A stretch of 64,000 nucleotides of DNA from positions 128,001 through 192,000 of the forward strand of contig JALVYU010000031.1 in NCBI GenBank assembly GCA_027022365.1, read 5' to 3'. Below the pieces are notes generated by a model. It saw nothing but the letters and a program-made list of their open reading frames with translations. It was not told the DNA's origin and did no database searches. Source of the DNA: Desulfurococcales archaeon. GTDB taxonomy: Archaea > Thermoproteota > Thermoprotei_A > Sulfolobales > Desulfurococcaceae. Shown here piece by piece: positions 10,202-19,573 of this stretch. Numbering within the stretch: position 1 is the stretch's first letter; every line of letters starts with the position of its first letter. The translations under genes and the position numbers were made by a program.

Positions 10202-11057
10202 CCTCTATTATAGGGTCAGGAGGATAAAGCTCAGCACAGTGATTGTAAATATCATAGTATGGATAATAGCTATACTCTGGCTATTGCCGTTCATAGGGTT
10301 GTTCATGACCTCCGTCAGGCCGTACAGCGAGGTAGTATTGAAAGGCTGGTGGACTATCCTCGGAGGCCACTACACATTAAACAACTATATCCAAGTACTA
10401 ACTAATCCCATGTATGATCTCTTGAGGGGATATATGAACTCGCTGACAATAGCTATACCGAGCACGTTTATACCATTAATACTAGCTGCAATGATAGCCT
10501 ACGGGTTCTCGAGATTTAGCTTCACGGCTAAGAACTTGTTGTTCATACTGATACTACTCATAATGGCAGTTCCCCAGCAGACAATGGTTATACCAATGTT
10601 CTTCATGCTGAAAACCATGGGTTTGCTGAATAAACTAATAGGACTGATACTCGTCCACAGCTCATGGGGTATAGCTTGGATAGCGTTCTTCATGAGAAAC
10701 TATTTCAACATGATGCCGAGAGAGGTAGAGGAAGCAGCCCGAGTGGATGGGGCGGGATGGGCCACGATATTCTTCAGAATAGTGCTACCAGTCAGCCTCC
10801 CAGCCCTCGCCAGTGCAGCCGCCATACAGTTCACATGGGTTTGGAGCGACTTCTTCTTCGCACTAATGTTCATATACAGCCCCGAGAAAATGGTGATCAC
10901 ACAGAAGATCGTATCGATCAAGGGCCAGTTCTATGTTGATTGGGGGCTGTTAAGCGCGGGATCGATACTCACGATGCTCGTACCCCTACTCGTATATGCA
11001 GCCCTCCAGAAGTACTACCTTAGAGGCATGGTAGGATGGGCTTCAGGAAAAGGATAA
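10194..11057 (+). CDS. Carbohydrate ABC transporter permease (MalG-like)
   Basis: EEAARVDGA EAA loop, WSDFFFAL. Confidence 0.92.
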   Translation: MASLYYRVRRIKLSTVIVNIIVWIIAILWLLPFIGLFMTSVRPYSEVVLKGWWTILGGHYTLNNYIQVLTNPMYDLLRGYMNSLTIAIPSTFIPLILAAMIAYGFSRFSFTAKNLLFILILLIMAVPQQTMVIPMFFMLKTMGLLNKLIGLILVHSSWGIAWIAFFMRNYFNMMPREVEEAARVDGAGWATIFFRIVLPVSLPALASAAAIQFTWVWSDFFFALMFIYSPEKMVITQKIVSIKGQFYVDWGLLSAGSILTMLVPLLVYAALQKYYLRGMVGWASGKG

Positions 11058-11091
11058 TTTTTAACTGATTAATCTATTCGGGGTGTATCCC

Positions 11092-12204
11092 ATGGCTAGT
11101 GTTAGGCTCGAATCAGTCGTCAAGAGGTTCGGAAAGGTAGTCGCAGTCAATAATGTGAGCCTTGAAATAAGAGATAAAGAGTTCTTCATACTCCTAGGCC
11201 CCTCCGGATGCGGTAAGACAACCACGTTAAGGCTAATAGCTGGCCTAGAATATCCTGATAGCGGGAGGATCTATATTGATGACAGGGATGTTACCTTCCT
11301 AGAACCTAAAGATAGAGATATAGCAATGGTTTTCCAGAACTACGCCCTCTACCCACACATGACGGTATTCCAGAACATAGCTTTCCCATTACTATTGAGG
11401 AGGAAGAAGCTAGGTCTAACTAAAGATGATATTAAGAAGAGGGTACTCGAAGTTGCGAGACTACTAAGAATAGAGGAACTACTGCATAGAAAACCAGGGC
11501 AGCTCAGCGGTGGACAACAACAGAGAGTCGCGCTTGCAAGAGCCCTCATACGCAGGCCAAAAGTATGGCTAATGGACGAGCCACTGAGCAACCTAGACGC
11601 CTTACTGAGACTAGTGATGAGAGCGGAGCTCAAGAGACTACAGAAAGAACTAGGGATAACAACGATCTATGTCACCCACGACCAGGCAGAAGCCCTCTCG
11701 ATGGCAGACAGGATAGCGGTTATGAATAAAGGACGCGTAATACAGGTGGGTACACCTGACGAGGTCTACTTGAAGCCTAAACATGTTTTTGTAGGCACAT
11801 TCATAGGAGCGCCGCCAATGAACGTGGTAAAATGCAAAATAGAAGACCATGACGGAAGACTCATATTGTCCTGCCCAGGATTCGAGAGGGAGTTCCCGCC
11901 AGGAATAACACCCAAGAAACTGCCGAGGACAAAAGAAGTTGTTCTCGGTATAAGGCCCGAGTTTATCGAGGTAACAGACAAGCCAGAGCCGGGGACTATA
12001 AAAGGTAAGATATTAGTAGTAGAGCCTCTCGGCTCGGAGACCATACTAAACATAAACATTAACCCAGAAGGAGAAGAAACTATAATCAAGGCGAAGCTTC
12101 CGAAACTGACTAAGAAATACAGCGCCGGTGAGACGATCTACCTGAAGATAGATTGGAGCAAAGTAGCGGTGTTCGACGCGGAAACGGGTTTTGCGCTGAC
12201 ATAG
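11092..12204 (+). CDS. Carbohydrate ABC transporter ATP-binding protein (MalK-like)
   Basis: GPSGCGKT, LSGGQQQR, MDEPLSNLD, C-terminal TOBE-like region. Confidence 0.95.
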   Translation: MASVRLESVVKRFGKVVAVNNVSLEIRDKEFFILLGPSGCGKTTTLRLIAGLEYPDSGRIYIDDRDVTFLEPKDRDIAMVFQNYALYPHMTVFQNIAFPLLLRRKKLGLTKDDIKKRVLEVARLLRIEELLHRKPGQLSGGQQQRVALARALIRRPKVWLMDEPLSNLDALLRLVMRAELKRLQKELGITTIYVTHDQAEALSMADRIAVMNKGRVIQVGTPDEVYLKPKHVFVGTFIGAPPMNVVKCKIEDHDGRLILSCPGFEREFPPGITPKKLPRTKEVVLGIRPEFIEVTDKPEPGTIKGKILVVEPLGSETILNININPEGEETIIKAKLPKLTKKYSAGETIYLKIDWSKVAVFDAETGFALT

Positions 12205-12662
12205 AATAGCATATCTACGTCTAAAATCGTGTTTTCATTAAAAATACATAGTTTTCAGAGCGGCTCTTATTGATATACTCAATAAGGAGATATAACTATG
12301 CTCCAAACATTAACAATCATTGCTCTAGCTATGTGGTTTACAGAGTATTTGTTTAGAACGCCAGTGTATTTCTTGTTGGCTCTACCGGAACAACTACATG
12401 CCGCGAGAGAATTTGTTGAAGACAATGAAACATTATTCTCGGCTAATAGTATATCGAGAGCTTAAAATGAGTTAGAGAACCGCGGATCCTGTAGATAGAG
12501 ATTAACAAGGGCTACCCGGTAATAGATGCTGTTTTTAATGTTTTATTCGTAATCGTAATATCTAATCGATCCTCATTAGTTATTAAATGAAGAATAGTGC
12601 TATTATCGACGGGAAGAACCATTCATGCTTAAGGAAAACAGGAGCATGACTCTGAAGAAAAA

Positions 12663-13619
12663 TCAATGAGTGAATAGTTCCCTGACGAGGCTTTCCGCTG
12701 TTAATCGTACTGCTTCGCGGCTAGAGTATTTTGGTCTCCATCCCTTCTTCTTGATCTTATCTATGCTCAGCCTCATGAACTTCACATCTCCGGGCCATCC
12801 ACGCCCATCCCTTGTCCCGCCAGTGAATACGTATTCGGGTCTAACACCCATTGCCCGGGCTACGATGTCTGCGATCTCCTTCACGGTTATCCAGTCATCG
12901 TTCCCTATGTTGTATACGTCGTACCATCCCTCAATATGTTGTGCAGCGAACAGTGTTGCGTCGAGCGTATCCGTTATGTATAGGTAGCTCTTCCTCTGTG
13001 TTCCGTCTCCGAGTATCTCTAGTTTCTTCGGGTTTTTCCTAAGCTTTACTATGAAGTCGTAGATCACGCCATGCCTTAGCCTTGGCCCCACGATATTCGC
13101 GTATCTCAGTGATACTGCTTTGAAGCCGTAGAGGTGAGCGTATGAGCAGATTAGTGCCTCGCAGCCTGCTTTGCTTGCCCCATAAACGCTGATAGGTCTT
13201 ATCTCATGCGTCTCGGGGGTAGGTATGATCTTTGCATCACCGTACACTGTGCTCGAACTCGCGAAGACAAAGAGCTCCACGCCTCCTTCCCGCCTCATTG
13301 CCTCGAGGAGGTTAAAGGTAGCGTATATGTTCTCCCTGAAATGTATCTCTGGCTCGGTAACGCTGAGCCTTACCTCCGGGTTAGCCGCGAAGTGGAACAC
13401 CGTATCGATATCCTTTATGGCCCTAGATACATCCTCGGGGCTCTTAAGATCGCCCCTTACGAACTCGAAGTTCGGCTTGCCGATGTGATGAGAGATATAT
13501 GATAGATCACCGCTGCTCAGATTATCGATTACCCTGACATTGTAGCCTTCCATGACGAGCCTATCCACAAGGTGGCTCCCAATAAAACCGGCTCCACCCG
13601 TAACAAGTATTCTCTCCAA
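12663..13619 (-). CDS. NAD-dependent epimerase/dehydratase (UDP-glucose 4-epimerase-like)
   Basis: TGGAGFIG, ASSSTVYG, YGASK (YxxxK). Confidence 0.92.
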   Translation of the reverse strand: MERILVTGGAGFIGSHLVDRLVMEGYNVRVIDNLSSGDLSYISHHIGKPNFEFVRGDLKSPEDVSRAIKDIDTVFHFAANPEVRLSVTEPEIHFRENIYATFNLLEAMRREGGVELFVFASSSTVYGDAKIIPTPETHEIRPISVYGASKAGCEALICSYAHLYGFKAVSLRYANIVGPRLRHGVIYDFIVKLRKNPKKLEILGDGTQRKSYLYITDTLDATLFAAQHIEGWYDVYNIGNDDWITVKEIADIVARAMGVRPEYVFTGGTRDGRGWPGDVKFMRLSIDKIKKKGWRPKYSSREAVRLTAESLVRELFTH

Positions 13620-13811
13620 GAAGCATCACCGAATGACTCCGACGTACAACTATTATCCACTATTGTTGTATTACTCATAAATCGTTATGACACTATATTT
13701 AGTATTCCCACACAATGGATAAGACACGACTGTTTATCATAATAGAGCGTGGATAAAGTTAATTCATTAGGTAGAACATAATGGTCAACCACCTAGGAGG
13801 GGTGCTGTAGG

Positions 13812-14564
13812 ATTTTATATTACATCGTCATACCGACATATAATGAGATAGAGAATATAGAGGAGCTCATAGCCAGACTCACAAGAACATTGGATCCGCT
13901 GAATATAAAGTACAAGATCCTCGTTGTAGACGATAATAGTCCCGATGGTACATGGAAGAAGGTTCAGGAGATTATGGAAAACAATAATCACGTAGAGCTG
14001 ATCATACGGGAGAAGAAGGAGGGAATAGGTGCGGCAATAAAACATGGAATAAAGCATGTTCTTGAGAATACAGATGCAGAGTATATAGCGACGATGGACG
14101 CGGACCTGAGCCATAGGCCGGAAGATCTGGCAGAAATGATCAGGCATAGCCGGGAGGCTGACCTGGTACAGGCTAGTAGATACATTGAGGGAGGAAAAAT
14201 CATTGGCTGGGGCCCCCATAGGAAGCTGATAAGCTGGGGGGCAAACACGCTTGTCAGGCTATTATATAGGACAGGGCTCCGCGAACATACCACAAATTAT
14301 AGAATATATAGGAGATGGCTGGCCGAGAAAATAGTCGAGTACACTAGGTCAAAAAGCTATGAATGGGTAATAGAGGCCCTCCTTGTATCAATAGCTTGTG
14401 GCGCCAAGATAGTGGAGGTCCCAACAACTTTCATCAATAGGGTTAAAGGCAAGAGCAAGCTAGGAATAACTGATATCCTTGGCTGGTTCAAATACATTGT
14501 AACATTCAGAGGCAGGTTCAAAGAGATAAGAAGTATTTGTAGAGAGAGTGCGTCCAAGTCTTGA
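13812..14564 (+). CDS. Dolichol/polyprenol-phosphate mannosyltransferase (GT2); start codon uncertain
   Basis: VDDNSPDGT and MDADLSH; the family N-terminal motif IVIPTYNE is in frame upstream of the tracked TTG start. Confidence 0.85.
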   Translation: MLYYIVIPTYNEIENIEELIARLTRTLDPLNIKYKILVVDDNSPDGTWKKVQEIMENNNHVELIIREKKEGIGAAIKHGIKHVLENTDAEYIATMDADLSHRPEDLAEMIRHSREADLVQASRYIEGGKIIGWGPHRKLISWGANTLVRLLYRTGLREHTTNYRIYRRWLAEKIVEYTRSKSYEWVIEALLVSIACGAKIVEVPTTFINRVKGKSKLGITDILGWFKYIVTFRGRFKEIRSICRESASKS

Positions 14565-16450
14565 GACGAATAAGCCCTACACATACGAAGAAATTATTTG
14601 CAGAGCTCCTTCCCCTCATATACTGGTCCGTAGACCTGGGAACGCCAGTCTTTGTGAAAGACACAAAGAAGTATGGTAGGCTCAAAAAGATTAAGCTCGT
14701 CCCACCTGGAGACGTAAGGCCTGCTTTTACGAGAGACGTAGAAAATCTCTACATCATGATAAAAGAGCAGTACTCGAAACCATATGCTGAGAGACTCTTC
14801 TCCAAAAACCCTCTCGTTCTCTTAAACCGTGTTCAAGCCATTGATATGGCCGACGAAGTAGTCGTATCAGGCTATAGTATCGGGATAAGAGAATACGACA
14901 TAGTCGGGAGAAAATGGCTCTTCAAACCAATGTACTATGGAGTGAGGCTGTATATCGAAGAAGAACTGGGCCCTTATATAAAGGCCCAGAAAACAATCAA
15001 GCCCAACGAGTACCTCTATCCCGGAGACTATCGAGGGAGGCCTCCGGTTAACTCGAGATGGGTACCTATTAAAGGGAAAAACAAATGGGTGTACGGTCTG
15101 GGCAAGAAGGCCGGGCGGAGAATACTGGTTGTTAAACAATGGAGAATAAGTGGAAAACTAGGGTTCAATCCGAAGAAAGCAACACTTCAAGACGCCGCTA
15201 GGCATAACAGAGAATACCTAGAGGAAAAAGCATGCGAAGCTACGGTGTTCCTAGAGGAAACAATCGGGCTAGGACTAGGTTATCCTATAGTAAGCTTGAG
15301 CGGCGGGAAAGATAGTGGTGTAACAGCCTATCTAGCGGGAAAAGCTGGGGTCACAGAAGCCGTATTTGTGGATACGGGACTAGAATTGCCGGAAACAATA
15401 GAAACAGCCATTAAAACCGCTGAGAAAGCCGGCCTCCAATTAACAATATTGAGGGCACACGATAGGTTCTGGAGAGCCCTCAGAATATATGGACCACCCG
15501 CAAGGGACTATAGATGGTGCTGTAAAGTAGTCAAGCTCTCATTGCTTGGCAAACACTACAGGGAGAAGTATGGGAGAGTACTAGCTATTGTGGGTCAGCG
15601 TAGATACGAGAGCCCCCAGAGAGCACTCGCAGATAGACTATCTCCCAGCGGGACGGTGGGTGAGGGATACGTAGCAGCACCCATACATGAGTGGATAAGC
15701 CTAGAAGTCTTCCTATACAGTATACTCGAGAAGATACCTCTCAACCCTCTATATATGAAGGGATACGACAGAATAGGATGCTATCTCTGCCCAACATCAA
15801 GAATGGCCGAACTAGAACTAATAAAGGAAACCCATCCCGAACACATGATTAAATGGATGAGATACCTAGAAAACTATGCCGAGGAACATGGGCTGCCGAG
15901 ACAATGGATAGACCTAGGGCTGTGGAGATGGAGGTTCCGGCTACCCGGAGAGATTAAGATGCTATCGAAAAGGCAGGGAATCGACATTGATGCTATGAAC
16001 AGAGGCATTTCTGAGGATTATGTCGAGAAGATCGTTGTGGATAGAGATGAAGACCTTGTAGAGATACATTTCAAGAGACAAATACCTCTTCAAAGAATAT
16101 ACTCGATGATCAAAATCATAGGGTTAAATGCCACCATAAAAAACAACGGCGACTTAAGGATACATAGAAAGGGGCGCGAAGTAGCCGAGATAAAAGACAA
16201 TTATCTCAGAACAAGATTATCGTGGATAAACGATAAGCATACTAGAGAGCTACTCATGCTAGTATACATGAAGCTCTACTGTGTCGGTTGCGGTATGTGC
16301 AGCATAGCGTGCCCCAGAGACACTATCGGCCCGGACTTCTTCGAGCCAAGCAGATGTAGTGGATGTAGAAAATGCCTCTACTCTTGTCCATCGGCAAACA
16401 ACCTAGTAGCACATGTCTTCACACTACTAGGCAGTAACTATGACCGCTAA
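14561..16450 (+). CDS. PAPS-reductase-family PP-loop protein with C-terminal 2x[4Fe-4S] domain
   Basis: SGGKDS, RWCCKVVK, RIGCYLCP; C-terminal CVGCGMCSIACP and CSGCRKCLYSCP. Confidence 0.85.
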   Translation: MRRISPTHTKKLFAELLPLIYWSVDLGTPVFVKDTKKYGRLKKIKLVPPGDVRPAFTRDVENLYIMIKEQYSKPYAERLFSKNPLVLLNRVQAIDMADEVVVSGYSIGIREYDIVGRKWLFKPMYYGVRLYIEEELGPYIKAQKTIKPNEYLYPGDYRGRPPVNSRWVPIKGKNKWVYGLGKKAGRRILVVKQWRISGKLGFNPKKATLQDAARHNREYLEEKACEATVFLEETIGLGLGYPIVSLSGGKDSGVTAYLAGKAGVTEAVFVDTGLELPETIETAIKTAEKAGLQLTILRAHDRFWRALRIYGPPARDYRWCCKVVKLSLLGKHYREKYGRVLAIVGQRRYESPQRALADRLSPSGTVGEGYVAAPIHEWISLEVFLYSILEKIPLNPLYMKGYDRIGCYLCPTSRMAELELIKETHPEHMIKWMRYLENYAEEHGLPRQWIDLGLWRWRFRLPGEIKMLSKRQGIDIDAMNRGISEDYVEKIVVDRDEDLVEIHFKRQIPLQRIYSMIKIIGLNATIKNNGDLRIHRKGREVAEIKDNYLRTRLSWINDKHTRELLMLVYMKLYCVGCGMCSIACPRDTIGPDFFEPSRCSGCRKCLYSCPSANNLVAHVFTLLGSNYDR

Positions 16451-16497
16451 GCATGTATTTCTTCCTTGGAAAACTATGTTTCAACAGCACTCATGAA

Positions 16498-17817
16498 CTA
16501 GTACATCATATACTCTACGAACTCCGCCGGGCTAGGAACAGACTGAAGCCGCAGGCACTCTTCGCGTTTAACATCAATATAGGACTCTATTAGTTCTCTT
16601 GGAAACACCGGGCGAAGGTACCCGTAGTCCGATTCAAGCTCGTCGATGGCCTCCCAAAGGCTCCTCGGTAGCCGCTGAAGGCCGAGCTCTCTTACCTCGC
16701 TCTCAGACAACTTGTAAGCATTCTTCAGCAGGGGCGGAGGAGGCTCGATCTTCTTCTTTACCCCGTCAAGACCCGCAAGAACAATAGCCGCGTAGGCAAG
16801 GTACGGGTTTACCAGGGGATCTGGAGGCCTGTACTCTATCCTGAACGAGCCGCTATTCCTTGTCATAGGAACACGTATGGCCGTGCTCCTGTTGCCTGGA
16901 CCCCAGGCGAGAAGAGTTGGTGCCTCGTATCCCGGCACTAATCTGCGATAACTGTTCACAGTCGGCGAAACAATCGCAGATAAGCTTCTCCCATGCTCTA
17001 ATAAGCCCCCAATAAAATATCTCGCGGTTTTGCCCAGCCCGTACTCCTCGCTAGGATCATAGAATATGTTCTCACCACCCCTCCATAGACTAACATGTAC
17101 GTGCATGCCCGAGCCATTATCTCCATAGAAGGGTTTAGGTAGAAACAATGCCTTGAAGCCACTGAGCTCTGCTACAGTGCGAGCGATTATTTTGAATAAT
17201 ACAGTGTAGTCCCCGAGCAGAACAGGATCTAGTGCCGGACTAGTTACCTCAACCTGCCCGGTAGTCGCGACCTCGTGATGGGACTTTACAGGTCTATAGC
17301 CCAGTAGTTCCATGTAGTGGATGAAGTCGAGCCTTATTCCTCCTACGCTGTCGAGAGGCTCTACGAGGAAGTACCCCTTCTTAACAGGTATCGCTCCACC
17401 TGTCTCTGGCGTCTCGACAACTCCTATTTTCACAGTCTGCTCTGATAGACCTATCGAAGCCCTGACCTCCTTGACCAGGAAGAACTCTATTTCGACACCT
17501 ATACGTGCTTTCATCCCATCTCTGCTTAGCATTTCCCTGAGCTTCTCGGCAACAGCCCTAGGATCTTTTACATACCTATCGTCTTGAGGTGTAAAAATAC
17601 TGGCAATACAGTACTTAACACCTGATCTAAAAGGGAAAGAGTATAGGTTATCTATGCATCTCAGCATGAGATCGCTGTTCTCGATCTTCTCAAAACCTTT
17701 CACGCTGCTGGCGTCGAAGAAAGCCTTATCTCTAAATGGATCCCTTACTGTTTTCTCGACACCTCTTATTATCCCGGCAAGATCGGTGAAAAGGTACTTT
17801 ACGATCATGTTTCCCAC
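16498..17817 (-). CDS. glnA: Glutamine synthetase type I
   Basis: EIEFF, HHEVA, KPFYGDNGSGMHVH, NSYRRLVPGYEAP, RIEYRPPD. Confidence 0.95.
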   Translation of the reverse strand: MGNMIVKYLFTDLAGIIRGVEKTVRDPFRDKAFFDASSVKGFEKIENSDLMLRCIDNLYSFPFRSGVKYCIASIFTPQDDRYVKDPRAVAEKLREMLSRDGMKARIGVEIEFFLVKEVRASIGLSEQTVKIGVVETPETGGAIPVKKGYFLVEPLDSVGGIRLDFIHYMELLGYRPVKSHHEVATTGQVEVTSPALDPVLLGDYTVLFKIIARTVAELSGFKALFLPKPFYGDNGSGMHVHVSLWRGGENIFYDPSEEYGLGKTARYFIGGLLEHGRSLSAIVSPTVNSYRRLVPGYEAPTLLAWGPGNRSTAIRVPMTRNSGSFRIEYRPPDPLVNPYLAYAAIVLAGLDGVKKKIEPPPPLLKNAYKLSESEVRELGLQRLPRSLWEAIDELESDYGYLRPVFPRELIESYIDVKREECLRLQSVPSPAEFVEYMMY

Positions 17818-17909
17818 TTAGAGAGACTAAACCCTGTGCGGAGGTTTTATAAATATTTACCATAATAATACTGAACAAAAAACAGGATATGACTGGGTGA
17901 TAACGTTAT

Positions 17910-18365
17910 ATGTACGGAGAAGCTATTGATGAGTTAGACAAACGTATACTAGAACTACTATTGCAGGATTCCAGGAGGAGCACAAGATCAATAGCCAAAG
18001 CACTAAACAAGCCTGTCTCAACCGTGCATGATAGGATCAAGAGGCTCGAGAAAAAGGGAGTTATCAAGGGATATACCGTTGTCCTTGATGAGAAGGCCCT
18101 CGGCTACCAGATCAAGGCTTTAATACTCATCAATGTAGTTGGCCGGCACATAGAAGAGGTAGAAAACGATCTTTCCAGGTATGAGAACGTCCTAACGGTT
18201 CTCGATATAACCGGGGAGTTTGATGTAGCAGTTATAGCTGTATTTCACAGTATGGACGAGCTAGACAGATTTGTAAAGACCCTCCTGAAACACCCATATA
18301 TCAGACAGACTAGGACAAGTATTGCTTTCCGAACAGTAAAATCAGAGGTGAACCCGCCGCTTTAA
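17910..18365 (+). CDS. Lrp/AsnC family transcriptional regulator
   Basis: N-terminal HTH (RIKRLEKKGVI) plus ITGEFD RAM domain; divergent from glnA. Confidence 0.93.
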   Translation: MYGEAIDELDKRILELLLQDSRRSTRSIAKALNKPVSTVHDRIKRLEKKGVIKGYTVVLDEKALGYQIKALILINVVGRHIEEVENDLSRYENVLTVLDITGEFDVAVIAVFHSMDELDRFVKTLLKHPYIRQTRTSIAFRTVKSEVNPPL

Positions 18366-19111
18366 TCCCTTTTTTCCTCTTCTTTCTCCTCAATCCATTT
18401 GAATCCCTCCCTATTGATCCGTTCCACGATATCCATTCCCCCATCAGCCACTATCCTACCCCTATACAGTACGTAGACGTGGTTCGGCTCAACGTATTCG
18501 AGGACCCTCGGGTAATGTGTTATCAACAACACTGATCGCCCGGTCGAGATTAGCTCCTTAATGACATCGGCCACTATTCTTATCCCGTCAACATCGAGAC
18601 CGCTGTCGGGCTCGTCCATGATAACGTATTTTGGCCTGAGAATCTTTGCCTGTAGGATCTCGCTTCGCTTCTTCTCGCCGCCGCTGAACCCGACGTTAAC
18701 CCCTCGTTCCAGATGTTCTTCGGAAAGACCGATCAGTCTCGCCTCCGACGCTATGCGCTCCTTTATGTCGGGGCATTCTCTCCCGCCCAGTCTCTTCTTA
18801 ATGCTTAGCTTCAGTACTTCTTCTAGTTTGACACCGGGTATCTCGACCGGGTTCTGGAAGACGAGGAAGAGGCCTCGTAGAGCCCGTTCATTAGGCGGTA
18901 AGTGGGTTATATCTTCGCCGTCGAGTATTATTTTCCCCCTCGTAATCCTGTAGGAGGGATGACCCATGAGTGCTAGTGCTAGGCTTGTTTTTCCACTGCC
19001 ATTGGGCCCCATAATCACTCTTAGTTCGCCTGGATGGGCCTCAATATTTATTCCGTGCAGGATCTCTTTATCTCCGACACTAACGTGTAGGTCTATTGTT
19101 TTTAGCGACAC
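18362..19111 (-). CDS. sufC: Fe-S cluster assembly ATPase SufC (SmsC-like)
   Basis: GPNGSGKT, FQNPVEIPGV, NVGFSGGEKKR, DEPDSGLDVD, ITHY. Confidence 0.93.
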   Translation of the reverse strand: MSLKTIDLHVSVGDKEILHGINIEAHPGELRVIMGPNGSGKTSLALALMGHPSYRITRGKIILDGEDITHLPPNERALRGLFLVFQNPVEIPGVKLEEVLKLSIKKRLGGRECPDIKERIASEARLIGLSEEHLERGVNVGFSGGEKKRSEILQAKILRPKYVIMDEPDSGLDVDGIRIVADVIKELISTGRSVLLITHYPRVLEYVEPNHVYVLYRGRIVADGGMDIVERINREGFKWIEEKEEEKRD

Positions 19112-19255
19112 ATCTCATCCCTAGTTGGTCTTTATCATTACATAGAGGTTTATGAATGATGTCTGAAAAATTTTTGACAAATTATTAATATCTAATGCCC
19201 GTGTAAAGTATTCAATTAGTATCTTAACTAGAGACGATATGGGTGAAAAAGCCTC

Positions 19256-19549
19256 TTGGCCTCAGAACATAAGCTCCTCAAATGTGCTCTCGAGAAATAC
19301 ATTGATGAGATGGGCGGCCAGATACACGAGGAGGCCGGTAAGCTGGAGATAGTGTTGCCGATCGCAATAGAGGAGGTTCCCGGCGGCGTTCAGTTCACGT
19401 TGAAGGGGAGGGTTGAGGGAGAATATGTTGTTATCGAAGAGGTGACCGTATCATATCACGATGAGCACGCGAGTATTAAACCAATAGATCTCGAGTCCTG
19501 GGTACATTATGTTAATGAGCGTTTCTCTCCTCTTTGTAAGAAGGATTAG
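19256..19549 (+). CDS. Hypothetical protein
   Basis: 97-aa ORF with GGGTGA RBS, directly upstream of the oxidoreductase alpha gene. Confidence 0.65.
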   Translation: MASEHKLLKCALEKYIDEMGGQIHEEAGKLEIVLPIAIEEVPGGVQFTLKGRVEGEYVVIEEVTVSYHDEHASIKPIDLESWVHYVNERFSPLCKKD

Positions 19550-19573
19550 CCTCTTGCTTCCCCGGGTGGTATC

